DNA of 64,000 nucleotides. It comes from Nitrososphaerota archaeon (GTDB lineage Archaea > Thermoproteota > Nitrososphaeria > PSMU01). The position numbers and the translations under genes were made by a program. Below the pieces are notes generated by a model. It saw only the letters and a program-made list of their open reading frames with translations, made no database searches and was not told the DNA's origin. Of the stretch, positions 48,230 to 58,150 are shown one piece after another (positions within the stretch are counted from its first letter, which is position 1; each line of letters begins with the position of its first letter). The stretch covers positions 256,001-320,000 of the forward strand of contig PSMU01000002.1 of NCBI GenBank assembly GCA_040290255.1. Direction: 5' to 3'.

Positions 48230-49195
48230 TCATAGCCCCGCGGGCCGCGGAAGCTTTAACCTTATCGTGAAGAGCCTCTCGAAGGCCACGAAGGAGAGCA
48301 GGAGCAGCGAGGCCAGCGAGGCCACCAGCTCGAAGGCCGAGGAGGCCTGGTCGTACAGTGAGGTGATGAGCGAAGGCGCCGTCTGCCCCCAGTAGTAGCT
48401 CACCGTATTATAATAGTTGAAGGACCAGTGAAGCATTATGGCCGCGTGAAGGCCCACGTAGACGTAGAGCTCGCCGAGCGCCGCGCCCGCGATGGCGGCA
48501 GGGAAGAACTTGCCGGGCTCCCAGCCGCCGGCCAGGTGTGCCAGTCCGAAGATCGCGGAGGAGAGCGCCACCAGCGCGTGCAGGGAGGCGGGCACGCGGC
48601 CCTGCGCGCCCGAGGAGGGCCTCCATAGCATCCTGAGAAAGTTGGCCGAGCCCGGCGCTTTAGCCCTGAGCAGCAGCGCCGCCGGCAGGCCCAGAAGCAG
48701 CAGCCTAAAGGTCACTTCCTCGTTGATCGGAGCCAGGCTCACGCCTATGAACTGCATGATCGGGTCATCCTTCGGAAGCGTGCCCACCGGCACGCCTGCG
48801 GCTTCGCTCGCCGAGCTGGCCAAAAGCGACAAGAAGAGCGTGACGCCATAACTGAGCAGGAGAAGCGCCAGGCCGTTTTGTAGCAGGGACGAAGGCCTGC
48901 CCGCGGCCGCCTCCCTTAGGGAGCTCAGAAAGCTCCCGCCCCTCGCCAGCAGGAGCAAGAAGGCCGCATAGAAGAGCTCCGATACGAAGAAGGCCCGCTT
49001 CGCCAGCTCCACATCGTCGAGCAGGTATATGTAGAGAAAGGGAACGCCTAGGTAGGGCGGGTTAATGTAGCTGCCCGGCTTGAAGAGGGCCACCATCAGG
49101 CCTCCCAGCAGCATGGAGAGGCCCATATGCGCCGCCATCGCCGCCACCACACAGGCCCCCAGGAGCCCTATGGCCCGCCTTAGCGAGGAGGACAA
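48230..49195 (-). CDS. CPBP (Abi/Rce1-like) intramembrane metalloprotease
   Basis: APINEEVTFR, FGLAH, HWSFN; multiple TM helices. Confidence 0.88.
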   Translation of the reverse strand: MSSSLRRAIGLLGACVVAAMAAHMGLSMLLGGLMVALFKPGSYINPPYLGVPFLYIYLLDDVELAKRAFFVSELFYAAFLLLLARGGSFLSSLREAAAGRPSSLLQNGLALLLLSYGVTLFLSLLASSASEAAGVPVGTLPKDDPIMQFIGVSLAPINEEVTFRLLLLGLPAALLLRAKAPGSANFLRMLWRPSSGAQGRVPASLHALVALSSAIFGLAHLAGGWEPGKFFPAAIAGAALGELYVYVGLHAAIMLHWSFNYYNTVSYYWGQTAPSLITSLYDQASSAFELVASLASLLLLSFVAFERLFTIRLKLPRPAGL

Positions 49196-49196
49196 G

Positions 49197-49502
49197 TTAC
49201 TGGACTTCTATGGAGCCTTCCCTAAACCCCAGCTCTACAAGCAGCTGCTTTATCCTGGGCCGGTGGTCGCCCTGTAGAATTATCTGTCCATCCTTCACGG
49301 TCCCGCCACAGGCGAGCCTGGTCTTCAGCTGAGTGGCTATTCTGTGAAGGTCATTCCTCTTGGGGTCCATGCCCTCTATGATCGTGGCCGGCTTCGAGAG
49401 CTTCCTCATCTCCATCCTTACGGTTATCTTCGCGCTCTCCCTATCCAGCTCCCCGCATACGCAGAGGTCCAGTGGCAGCCCGCACGTGCTGCAAACTTCC
49501 AT
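49197..49502 (-). CDS. Translation initiation factor aIF1 (SUI1)
   Basis: CSTCGLP..LCVC, LKTRLACGGT, LQGDHR. Confidence 0.95.
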   Translation of the reverse strand: MEVCSTCGLPLDLCVCGELDRESAKITVRMEMRKLSKPATIIEGMDPKRNDLHRIATQLKTRLACGGTVKDGQIILQGDHRPRIKQLLVELGFREGSIEVQ

Positions 49503-49565
49503 GCAGTTGCAGCAGCAGGGCCGGCCACGTATAAAAGCTTTAGGGAGGAGCTGAGGCCTAAGGGC

Positions 49566-49805
49566 ATGGGCGGGACCGAGGCCTACGCGCTGCTGGTGCT
49601 AGGAGCCCTTCTCATGCTGCTGGGCGCCCTGCTGATAGCCACGGCCCTGCTCGCGAGGGCCTGGCCCGCGCTCGTGGGCTTCCTTCAGAGGCTCCCCCCT
49701 TACATCCTCTGGACCTATTCGAGCGATGGCTTCACCTTCGCCACCTCACCGCTGCTCATCCTGCTCTCCGTGCTCGCGCTCATCATCTACCTGCTAAGGA
49801 GGTAG
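49566..49805 (+). CDS. Small two-TM membrane protein (79 aa)
   Basis: ATG at 49566 downstream of TATAAAA; two hydrophobic segments around 'LPPYILWTY..DGFTFATSP'. Confidence 0.65.
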   Translation: MGGTEAYALLVLGALLMLLGALLIATALLARAWPALVGFLQRLPPYILWTYSSDGFTFATSPLLILLSVLALIIYLLRR

Positions 49806-49840
49806 CCAAAGGTTAAATTTCCGGCGCTGAAGAAGAGGTC

Positions 49841-50395
49841 ATGGAGGGGGCGGCGGCTGGGGCGGCGGCGGACCTAGTGGGCGCTGCCCTGCTGCTGAGG
49901 ATGGACTGGCTCGCCATAAGGGGGTACCGGCTGATAAGGAGCCCCACGCTCGTCAAGATGGCGGCCTTCTTTACCCTGCTCGCGGCGGGGCTGGTGGGCG
50001 AAGCGGCCAGCCTGCTCTCGGGGCTGAACGCCATAAGGATCTCGGCGAACCTGTTGGCGGCGCTGGCCTTCGTCTTCCTGGGGCTTGGATATCTTGCAAG
50101 CCTCAGGGCAGGCGCTCAACTGCTCCTGCCGCCCCTGCTGGGGCTCAACATACCGGAGCCGGTGCTGATAGGCCTTGCGCAGGCCCTGCTCACCTACTTT
50201 GGCTCGCTGAGCGCGCTCGGCAGCTTCCTCGAAAGAAGAGGGAGGAGCGGGATAGCCTCCGCGCTGGGCCTGGCCCTCTTCCCCTTCGCCACCTTCATGA
50301 CGCTCTTCGAGCCTGCGCTCAACCCGCTGACGCCTTATCTGCACCTCCTGGGAGTCGCCCTGCTGTACGCCGCCAGCTTTCCGAGGCGCAGCTGA
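49841..50395 (+). CDS. Multi-pass membrane protein (about 6 TM)
   Basis: Hydrophobic ORF; TATA-like GTTAAAT about 29 nt upstream. Confidence 0.65.
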   Translation: MEGAAAGAAADLVGAALLLRMDWLAIRGYRLIRSPTLVKMAAFFTLLAAGLVGEAASLLSGLNAIRISANLLAALAFVFLGLGYLASLRAGAQLLLPPLLGLNIPEPVLIGLAQALLTYFGSLSALGSFLERRGRSGIASALGLALFPFATFMTLFEPALNPLTPYLHLLGVALLYAASFPRRS

Positions 50396-50396
50396 C

Positions 50397-50678
50397 TTGC
50401 GCAGGTATAGGAACAGGTTTCAGATCGTCTTTCAGCTGCTGCGTGCCCTGGCGAGCCACGACCAGGCCACCGTTTCGAAGCTGATGAGGGAAGTGAACAT
50501 GCCCTACGTGAGGCTAATAGGCCTGCTCAACGACCTGACCACGCTGGGCCTGGTGCAGAAGGTGCCCTCGGCGGGGGATAGCTCGGCCTCCTTCAGGCTC
50601 ACACAGGGCGGCAGCGAGCTGCTGAGCCAGTATCAAAAGTTCAAGGAATTCGCCGAGCGAATGGGGCTCCGACTATAG
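50397..50678 (+). CDS. Winged-helix transcriptional regulator (archaeal HTH_45-like)
   Basis: RYRNRFQIVFQLL...SKLMREVNMPY...L...GLV...LT.GG. Confidence 0.82.
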   Translation: MRRYRNRFQIVFQLLRALASHDQATVSKLMREVNMPYVRLIGLLNDLTTLGLVQKVPSAGDSSASFRLTQGGSELLSQYQKFKEFAERMGLRL

Positions 50679-50714
50679 CGCAACGATTTTAATGGGGCCG
50701 GCCCTTGCGGGCGC

Positions 50715-51092
50715 GTGCAGGAGGTTAAGGCGGAGGGGGCGCCAAAGCCCGTGGGGCCCTACAGCCAAGCCCTCATCGCGGCCGGCCTAGTCTTCTGCTC
50801 GGGGCAGATTCCGCTGGAGGCTGCGTCGGGGCGCCTAGTGGAGGGGGATATCCGAGCTCAGGCGAGAACCGCGCTGAAGAACCTGGCTGAAGTGCTCCGA
50901 GCTGCCGGCAGCGGGCTGGATAAAGTAGTGAAGGTCACGGTCTACCTGGCCGACTTGGCGGATTTTCAGGCCTTTAATGAGGTATATCAGGAATTCTTCC
51001 GGGCCCCCTATCCGGCGAGGACGACGGTCGAGGTAAAGGGCCTGCCTCGCGGGGCCAGGATAGAGGTCGACGCCATCGCGCTGGCCCGTTAG
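50715..51092 (+). CDS. ridA: RidA family enamine/imine deaminase
   Basis: GPYSQA, SGQIP, PART..V..LP, IEVDAIA. Confidence 0.93.
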   Translation: MQEVKAEGAPKPVGPYSQALIAAGLVFCSGQIPLEAASGRLVEGDIRAQARTALKNLAEVLRAAGSGLDKVVKVTVYLADLADFQAFNEVYQEFFRAPYPARTTVEVKGLPRGARIEVDAIALAR

Positions 51093-52168
51093 CCCTCGGG
51101 CCTGCCCAAGGCCCTCGAATAAGCGGCCACGCTGATGCGGCCGGCGACCTTCCTTGCCACCTCCACAAGGGCCCTTGCTGGCGCGGAGCCGGGGTCCGAG
51201 ATGACGATGGGGATACCCTCATCGCTCCTCTCCCTGACCTCCTTCGCCAGCGGCACCTGGCCCAGCAGCGGCACGCCCAGCTCCTGCGCGTACCTGGCGC
51301 CCGTACCATCTCCGAAGATGTAGCTGGGCGCCCCGCAGCAGGGGCAGATGAAGTAGCTCATGTTCTCCACCACCCCCAGCACCTCCACGCCCAGCCTCCT
51401 GAACATCAGCAGGGACTTGGACGCTATGAAGGAAGAGGTTTCGTGTGGGGTCGTTACAATTATCACCCCCGTGAGCGGTATCGACTGCGCCAGCGTCAGC
51501 GGTATATCGCCCGTGCCGGGCGGCAGGTCCACCAGAAGATAGTCGAGTTCGCCCCACTGCGTATCGGCCATCAGCTGCCGGAGCGCGGCCGAGATCAGGG
51601 GGCCCCTCCATATCACGGGCGTTTCGTCATGGACGATGAAGCCGAAGGACATGAGCTTTAGGCCGTGATAGCTCTCCGCGGGAATCAGCTTCTTGTCCTC
51701 CGCCCTGGGCTTTACGTTAATACGAAGCAGCCTGGGCAGCACGGGCCCGTAAATGTCCGCATCGAGCAGCCCGACCTTCGCCCCCAGCTGCGCGAGGGCC
51801 GCGGCCAGGTTCACCGCCAGCGTGGACTTGCCCACGCCGCCCTTTCCGCTGGCTATGCCCACGATGTTCTTGACCTGGCTCAGGGAGCTGAAGTCCAGGG
51901 CCTGCCTCGCGCCCCTTACCCTGGCCGTGACCTTCATGTCCACCTCGCGCACGCCCTCGATGGAGCCGACCGCCTGCCGGACCTGCCTCTCTATCTCATC
52001 GTTGAAGGGACAGGCAGGGCTGGTCAGCTCCAGCGTGAACGAGACCCGATCACCTTCGACGGCCAGGTCCTTTATCATGTTTAGGCTCACGACGTCGAGC
52101 TTCAGCTCGGGGTCCACGACCTTTCTCAGCTCCTCAAGCACGCGCTCCTTGGTGGGCACAGGAACCAC
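51089..52168 (-). CDS. apbC: Mrp/NBP35 Fe-S carrier ATPase with N-terminal DUF59 domain
   Basis: DPEL...LTSPACP, SGKGGVGKS, DLPPGTGD, ENMS...CPCC. Confidence 0.92.
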   Translation of the reverse strand: MVPVPTKERVLEELRKVVDPELKLDVVSLNMIKDLAVEGDRVSFTLELTSPACPFNDEIERQVRQAVGSIEGVREVDMKVTARVRGARQALDFSSLSQVKNIVGIASGKGGVGKSTLAVNLAAALAQLGAKVGLLDADIYGPVLPRLLRINVKPRAEDKKLIPAESYHGLKLMSFGFIVHDETPVIWRGPLISAALRQLMADTQWGELDYLLVDLPPGTGDIPLTLAQSIPLTGVIIVTTPHETSSFIASKSLLMFRRLGVEVLGVVENMSYFICPCCGAPSYIFGDGTGARYAQELGVPLLGQVPLAKEVRERSDEGIPIVISDPGSAPARALVEVARKVAGRISVAAYSRALGRPEG

Positions 52169-52205
52169 CTAAGACGGCTATAACGTCGTTATAAGGATTG
52201 CCATG

Positions 52206-53516
52206 TCAGGCGCTGATCCTGTAGAAGTGAAAGAGGATGGAGAAGCTGAGCAGCAGGGCGCCCAACTCCAGAAGGACCACCGAGCCCAGGTTGGTGTTCA
52301 CGGCCCTCAGCAGCAGGCCGTTCAGGGCCAGCTGAAAGACCACCAGGGCCATGAGGTTGAACCTAGCCCACCTGGGGCCGATCTTCACCTGCGTAACGAC
52401 GCTCGGCCTGGCGGGCGTGGGCTTACGGCGCGAGAGCGCGGCGTAGACGATGGCGAAGGAGAGAACGCCGGCCAGAATCATAAACCCGAAGAGACTCCAG
52501 GGAGGGATGTAGAGCTTAAAGAGCGGGATATTTGTGTAGGGGTTCATCCAGAAGCCCCAGGCCGTCGTAAGCGCGGCCTGGGCAATGGAGGCGATGCCCA
52601 GGCCCGTAAAGAAGGGCCTGTCCCTCCAGGAGAGCCTCTTCCCCCTATCCACGAAGGGAATGACGAGGAACATGAGGATGTAGAGGCCCGGAAGAAGCAC
52701 GCCGGCCACGAACTTATCCATGCCCGTGCGGAGGAAGGCGTATAGTGAGCTGAGGTACCACTCGGGGACGGTGAAGCCCACGGGCGCGCCCGGCACGAAC
52801 TTCGTGCCGAGCTCCACGGGAAAGATGGCCGCGGCCACCAAGATCGCGCCTATGACGCCGGAGACCATGGGCACATCAAAGACCAGGTTGCGCGGGAAGT
52901 GAAGGCCCATGAGCAGCAGCATTATCACCGGTATTACGAAGACGTGATACGTGTAGAACCTTATGATGAAGTCGTAAAAGCCGGCTCCGAAGACGAAGAA
53001 CCTGAGCAGGGGGCCCAGCTGAGGCGTTGACTGCGCCAACGCCACGCCTATGCTGATGGCCAGCTCAGCCCTCTCATTGAAGATGAGGTTATAGCCCGTG
53101 AAGGCCTCCAGCACGGTGAGCACTCCCAGTATGACGCCAGTCACCCACAGCATTTCGTTCCTGACCTTGAACCTGCCGCTGAAGTATTGGTAGTAAAGAT
53201 GGCAGATGGCCAGCAGCACCATCGCGTTGGAGGCGGCATAATGTATGTTTCTGATCACGTACCCCAAGGAGGCCTGTTGCTCTATGAACTGAACGCTGTC
53301 CCAGGAGGTTGTGATGCCGGGATAGTAATAGAGCATGAGCATGGCCCCCGTGATCCCCAGCAGGATGAAGACGCTGAAGGTGAGCATGCCCAGGAAGCCC
53401 AGCGGGCTAATGTAGCTACGCGGGAACGTGAACCTCAGCGAAAAGAAGACGGTCCTCTCCAGCCTGTCGAGGACGTACGCTATGAGCTGCCTAACGCCTT
53501 TTCTCAGCTCCGCCAC
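52206..53516 (-). CDS. Cytochrome b of a Rieske/cytb complex
   Basis: Heme ligands RNIH...CH and YH...LH; PEWY motif. Confidence 0.92.
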   Translation of the reverse strand: MAELRKGVRQLIAYVLDRLERTVFFSLRFTFPRSYISPLGFLGMLTFSVFILLGITGAMLMLYYYPGITTSWDSVQFIEQQASLGYVIRNIHYAASNAMVLLAICHLYYQYFSGRFKVRNEMLWVTGVILGVLTVLEAFTGYNLIFNERAELAISIGVALAQSTPQLGPLLRFFVFGAGFYDFIIRFYTYHVFVIPVIMLLLMGLHFPRNLVFDVPMVSGVIGAILVAAAIFPVELGTKFVPGAPVGFTVPEWYLSSLYAFLRTGMDKFVAGVLLPGLYILMFLVIPFVDRGKRLSWRDRPFFTGLGIASIAQAALTTAWGFWMNPYTNIPLFKLYIPPWSLFGFMILAGVLSFAIVYAALSRRKPTPARPSVVTQVKIGPRWARFNLMALVVFQLALNGLLLRAVNTNLGSVVLLELGALLLSFSILFHFYRISA

Positions 53517-53518
53517 TC

Positions 53519-54172
53519 CTACGCCACCCTCCTCCCCGTGAGCGCGGAGACCTGGACTACATACCTGCCGGTACCAACGGTCCCTATGATATCGGTCGCA
53601 TAAAGTGTTCCGTCATCGCCCACCTCTATCTTTACCTCGGGCAGGGCGTTGTTGGGGGCGGGCTGCAGGTAGGCTGGCCCATCGATCGCCCTGCCGTAGA
53701 CCGGCTCGTACAGGCTGCCATGGCAGGGACAGGCGATGATGGAGAGGCTGGGCGTATACGTGGCCAGGCACATGAGGTGAACGCAGACGATGCTGTAGGC
53801 GACGAGCCTTCTTTCCGGAGGCACCTCATCGACTAGATATTGCTTACCGGCGAAGGAGGCTTCGAGCTGACGAGGGCGCTGTATCTTGGCCGGCAGTTTT
53901 ATCAGCTGGCAGAGCCTGAAGGGATCGCTGTCGAGCGTGGGGTTCCCCGTCCTGGGATAGACGAACGTAACCACCTGATTGTCGGCCAATAGGGAGGGCC
54001 TGACGGGCAGGCCCGTCTTCACGTCCAAGATCTGCTGCCTCTTGGTCGCCACGGTGGTAGGCACGAAGAAGCTGCCCAGGTGCACGAAGGAGGCCAACGT
54101 GAAGAGGGCGCCCAACCCCCCGATGGCCTTTATGAACCGGCGCCGGGATTCGTCGACGGCCGGGCGGCTCAC
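53519..54172 (-). CDS. Tat-exported Rieske iron-sulfur protein
   Basis: SRRRFIK signal, CVHLMC, CPCHGS.Y, GPA. Confidence 0.92.
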   Translation of the reverse strand: MSRPAVDESRRRFIKAIGGLGALFTLASFVHLGSFFVPTTVATKRQQILDVKTGLPVRPSLLADNQVVTFVYPRTGNPTLDSDPFRLCQLIKLPAKIQRPRQLEASFAGKQYLVDEVPPERRLVAYSIVCVHLMCLATYTPSLSIIACPCHGSLYEPVYGRAIDGPAYLQPAPNNALPEVKIEVGDDGTLYATDIIGTVGTGRYVVQVSALTGRRVA

Positions 54173-54237
54173 GGGCCTAGGCAGCGAGCTACTCCCTTTA
54201 TTTATGTTTTATAACAAGGCCGCAGGCCGGCCCCAGC

Positions 54238-54987
54238 ATGAAGGAGCTCCGCCTCATAGCCCTGGAGACGTTGCCCGAAGTCAAGCGGGGGCAGGATATA
54301 GCCCAGCTTATAGTGGAGGCCGCCCGGAGGGAGGGCGTGGTCCTTAAGGAAGGGGACGTCATCGTCGTGGCCCATAAAATCGTTTCTAAGGCGGAAGGCA
54401 GGGTAGTGAACCTGGAGGGGGTCAGGCCCTCGGAGGTGGCGCTTAAATGGGCGAGGTTGCTGAGAAAGGACCCGAGGCTGCTTGAAGTGATCCTGAGGGA
54501 GACCAAGAGGGTCGTGCGCATGGCCAGGGGCGTGCTGATCTGCGAGACGAGGCATGGGTTCGTCTGCGCCAACGCCGGCGTGGACCAGTCGAACGCGGGC
54601 AAGGGCAAGGTCGTGCTGCTGCCCGTGAGGCCCGATCGCTCCGCCAAAAGGATAAGGGCTCGCCTAGCCGAGCTGACCGGCCTAGACCTGCCCGTCATCA
54701 TAACGGATACCTTCGGCAGGGCCTGGAGGATGGGGCAGGTCGACGTGGCCGTGGGCTTTTCGGGCATCAGCCCCTTCTTGGATTATCGCGGCAAGGCGGA
54801 TGTGCACGGCTACGAGCTAAAGGTGACGATGCCCGCGCTGGTGGACGAAGTCGCCGCGGCCGCCGAGCTCGTCATGGGAAAGATAGCCCAGAGGCCCGTG
54901 GTCATCGTCAGGGGCCTGGAGTATGCGAGGGGGGAGCAGGGCAGCAGGCTGCTCGTCAGGCGCCCGTCACAGGACCTGTTCAGATAG
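54238..54987 (+). CDS. cofE: Coenzyme F420-0:L-glutamate ligase
   Basis: KIVSKAEG, CANAGVDQSN, ITDTFGRAWRMG. Confidence 0.93.
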   Translation: MKELRLIALETLPEVKRGQDIAQLIVEAARREGVVLKEGDVIVVAHKIVSKAEGRVVNLEGVRPSEVALKWARLLRKDPRLLEVILRETKRVVRMARGVLICETRHGFVCANAGVDQSNAGKGKVVLLPVRPDRSAKRIRARLAELTGLDLPVIITDTFGRAWRMGQVDVAVGFSGISPFLDYRGKADVHGYELKVTMPALVDEVAAAAELVMGKIAQRPVVIVRGLEYARGEQGSRLLVRRPSQDLFR

Positions 54988-54992
54988 GGGAA

Positions 54993-55904
54993 GTGCTGGC
55001 CGTCCTCTCCGGCGGATCGGGCTCAGCCAAGCTCGTGCGGGGCCTACGCCAGCTCGGCGACTTCACGCTGATCGTTAACGTGGGCGATAACTACTGGTTT
55101 CATGGCCTCTATGTCTGCCCCGACTTGGACATATTGATGTATGAGCTCGCGGGGCTCTTGGACCGCGCAAGGGGTTGGGGCATCAGGGATGATACGTTCA
55201 GCGCGCTGAGCCAGCTGCAGTATTACGGGCTGGAAACCTGGTTCAGGCTGGGGGATAGGGACCTGGCCACCTGCCTGGCCCGCACCTACCTTCTCTCTCG
55301 AGGAGAAACCCTCACGCAGGTCACGGCGAAGCTCAGCGGGGCTTTGGGCATAGCGCAGCGCCTCCTCCCCGCCAGCGATGAATATGTGCCGACGCTGCTG
55401 GATACGGATCAGGGGCTGCTGCACCTGCAGGAATTCTGGGTCAAGAGGAGGGGCCAGCCCAGGGTGAGGAGGGTCATATATGGGAGCGAGGGAAGGCCGG
55501 CGAGCAGCGAGGCCCTGGAGGCCTTGCGGAGGGCCAAGGCCATCATCATACCGCCCGCGAACCCCGTGACCAGCATCGCCCCCATCTTGGCCCTCTCAGG
55601 CATGGCTGAGGCCATGCGAGGGAAGCCCGTCGTGGCGGTCTCGCCCTTCCGGGGAGGGGAGGCCTTCAGCGGCCCGGCGGCCAAGCTGCTCAGAGAGCTG
55701 GGCCTTGAGGTAAGCCCGTTAACCCTCCTCCAGCTCTACAAGGGCCTCGTTACGCACCTTCTGATCGACAGCTCCGATGAGCGCCTGCTACCGGAGCTCC
55801 AGAGCAGGGGAATAAGGGCCTGGGCGACGGACCTGAGCATGGAGACGGAGCAGGCCAGCGCAAGGGTGGCTGGGCTTTGCCTTCAGGTTCTGGGCGAACT
55901 CTAG
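54993..55904 (+). CDS. cofD: 2-phospho-L-lactate transferase
   Basis: SGGSGSAK, VCPDLD, GWG..DDTF, WFRLGDRD, SGPAAK. Confidence 0.93.
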   Translation: MLAVLSGGSGSAKLVRGLRQLGDFTLIVNVGDNYWFHGLYVCPDLDILMYELAGLLDRARGWGIRDDTFSALSQLQYYGLETWFRLGDRDLATCLARTYLLSRGETLTQVTAKLSGALGIAQRLLPASDEYVPTLLDTDQGLLHLQEFWVKRRGQPRVRRVIYGSEGRPASSEALEALRRAKAIIIPPANPVTSIAPILALSGMAEAMRGKPVVAVSPFRGGEAFSGPAAKLLRELGLEVSPLTLLQLYKGLVTHLLIDSSDERLLPELQSRGIRAWATDLSMETEQASARVAGLCLQVLGEL

Positions 55905-56530
55905 CGCTGGTGCTGATGAAGCCCGTGACAGCGGCCAAGCGCAGGCTGGCTAGCTCGATGAGCCCAGGGCAGCGCAGGCGGCTGAGCGAGCTGATGCTGG
56001 AGTTAGTGCTGAGGGCGGTCTCCAAGAGCGGCGTAGAAGGGAGGGCCTTGGTCACGGCCGATGATCGGATGGGCCCGATGGCCCAGCGCTTTGGCTTCAC
56101 GCTGCTGAAGGAAAAGAGGCCGAGGGGCTTCTCCAGGGCCGTGCTGCTCGCGCTACAAAGCCCGCTGGCGCGGCACTACGAGGACGTGCTCATTCTCCCA
56201 GGAGACCTTCCCCTCCTGAGGGCCGAGGAGATCGACCGCGCGCTGGCCTTGCGCCGCTCGGCGCGTGCCCCCGTTTTATCGCCCTCCCTTCGCTTGGACG
56301 GCACCAACCTGCTGCTTGCGGCCCAGGATGAGCTTCCTCCGCTTCATTATGAGCGGGACAGCTTTCTGGGACATATGGAGGAGCTCCGCCGAAGGGGAAG
56401 CCGCTTCATAGTCTACTACGACCTGAGGCTCGCGCTGGACATAGACACGATGGGGGACCTAGAGCTCGCGCGGAGGCTCTTCCCGAGAAGCGAGTTCGCG
56501 CGAAGGGCGCGATTGAAGGCCATCGCTTAG
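55877..56530 (+). CDS. cofC: 2-phospho-L-lactate/PEP guanylyltransferase
   Basis: AKRRLA, PGDLPLL, DGTN, SFLGH, DIDT..DL; follows cofD. Start approximate. Confidence 0.85.
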   Translation: MPSGSGRTLALVLMKPVTAAKRRLASSMSPGQRRRLSELMLELVLRAVSKSGVEGRALVTADDRMGPMAQRFGFTLLKEKRPRGFSRAVLLALQSPLARHYEDVLILPGDLPLLRAEEIDRALALRRSARAPVLSPSLRLDGTNLLLAAQDELPPLHYERDSFLGHMEELRRRGSRFIVYYDLRLALDIDTMGDLELARRLFPRSEFARRARLKAIA

Positions 56531-56537
56531 CACCGGC

Positions 56538-57677
56538 ATGAACTGGGGTCAGGCGCTTTGCCTCTCGCTGGGCCTCGTGTGGGGCCTGGCCCTGCTCCTC
56601 CTGCCGCTGAGGGGACCCAGGCTCAAGGCCTCGGGCGGCGAGCTTAGGGAAGGCCTGAGCGTTATAGTGCCCGTCCGCGACGAAGAGGCCCGCCTGAGGC
56701 TCCTGCTCCCAGCCCTGCTGGCCGAGGGCGGCGATGGGCTGGAGGTGATCGTGGTCGACGACGGATCCTCCGACTCCTCTTACTCGGTTGCCCTGGAGTG
56801 GCAGGCCAAGGACTCCAGGATCAGGGCCATCAGCGCCGGGCCCCTGCCGCCGGGCTGGGTCGGGAAGGCCTGGGCCTGCCATCGCGGGGCCTCGCTTGCC
56901 CGCGGGCGCTGGCTGCTCTTCCTCGACGCTGATGTAGGGCTTAAGCCCGGCATTCTGAGGGCGGCCCTGCAGCACGCGGCCCAGAGGGGGTTGGATGCCC
57001 TATCGCTGAGGCCCGCCCTAAGGGTAGAGGGCGTATGGGGCAGGCTGGTCTACTGCGTGCTGGGATTCCTGATCAGGGCCCTTTATCCGCCCTCCCTGCT
57101 GAACAGGGCCCACAGCCGGCGAGGCCTCTTCTTCGGAAGCTTCCTCCTGACCCGCGCCGAGGCCTACAGGCGCGTAGGAGGGCATGAAAGCGTGAGGGGG
57201 GAGCTCGTGGAGGATTACGCCCTGGGCCAAGCGTATAAGCGCCTGGGCCTCAGGACGGAATTGCTAAGGGGAGAGGGGTGGCTCGAGAGCCGGGCCTCCC
57301 TTTCTCTGGCCGAGGCCTGCGAAATGGTGAGGAGAATAGCTTCGGCCCCGCTTGATGGCAGGAGGGGACTGGCCCTGGCCTTTTCCTCACTCCTGCTCTT
57401 CCTTACATGGGCTCCCTGGGCCCTTCTCATCGCGGTCCTCTTCACCCCGCTGGGCCCCATCGCCCTTGCCCCTCCCCTATTGCTATGGCTCAACTTCTGG
57501 CCCGAGCTCAGGGAGATGCGCCTGAGCGCCCTATATCTGCTGGGCATCCCTCTGGGCGCAGCGGTGATCTCATACGCCGTATTCACCATGTCGGTGTGGT
57601 ACGGCAAGAGGGCCCTGCGATGGAGGGGAAGAACTTATGGCCCCAAAGCCATAAGTCCGGCCGGGCGGGATGGCTGA
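56538..57677 (+). CDS. Membrane GT2 glycosyltransferase (CrtQ/HpnB-like)
   Basis: VPVRDE, VDDGS.D, GWVGKAWAC, FLDAD, VED. Confidence 0.85.
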   Translation: MNWGQALCLSLGLVWGLALLLLPLRGPRLKASGGELREGLSVIVPVRDEEARLRLLLPALLAEGGDGLEVIVVDDGSSDSSYSVALEWQAKDSRIRAISAGPLPPGWVGKAWACHRGASLARGRWLLFLDADVGLKPGILRAALQHAAQRGLDALSLRPALRVEGVWGRLVYCVLGFLIRALYPPSLLNRAHSRRGLFFGSFLLTRAEAYRRVGGHESVRGELVEDYALGQAYKRLGLRTELLRGEGWLESRASLSLAEACEMVRRIASAPLDGRRGLALAFSSLLLFLTWAPWALLIAVLFTPLGPIALAPPLLLWLNFWPELREMRLSALYLLGIPLGAAVISYAVFTMSVWYGKRALRWRGRTYGPKAISPAGRDG

Positions 57678-57679
57678 GG

Positions 57680-58111
57680 ATGGGCGAGGGCGCGTGTCCC
57701 TTCTGCGAAATAGCCCAGGGGAAGCGGGAAGCGGCCTACGTATATAGGTCGGAGCGGCACGTGGCCTTCATGGACCATCGCCCCATAAACCCGGGCCACG
57801 TGCTGGTAATACCCGTGGCCCATTATGAGACGCTGTTGGATATGCCCTACGGAGAGGCCGGGCCCCTCTTCGAGCTCGTAAGGAGGGTGGCCAAGGCTGC
57901 GAAGGCGGCGGTGAGGGCCGATGGCGTGCACATAGGCGTAAACAACGGCCGGGCCTCTAACCAGCTCGTCCCCCACGTACACGTGCATGTGGTGCCGCGC
58001 TTCTTCGGAGATGCGCCCGGCGCGCGAATGCCCCCCAGAAAGGCGATGGCGTTTGACCAGCTGAGGGCCCTGGCCGAGGAAATCTCCAGCCGGCTCAGGG
58101 AGATCGAATGA
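57680..58111 (+). CDS. HIT family hydrolase
   Basis: CPFC, PGHVLVIP, HVHVHVVPR. Confidence 0.92.
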   Translation: MGEGACPFCEIAQGKREAAYVYRSERHVAFMDHRPINPGHVLVIPVAHYETLLDMPYGEAGPLFELVRRVAKAAKAAVRADGVHIGVNNGRASNQLVPHVHVHVVPRFFGDAPGARMPPRKAMAFDQLRALAEEISSRLREIE

Positions 58112-58150
58112 GGGCGCGCATGCGGTCACCGCGGCCCCGGGAGGTGAAGC

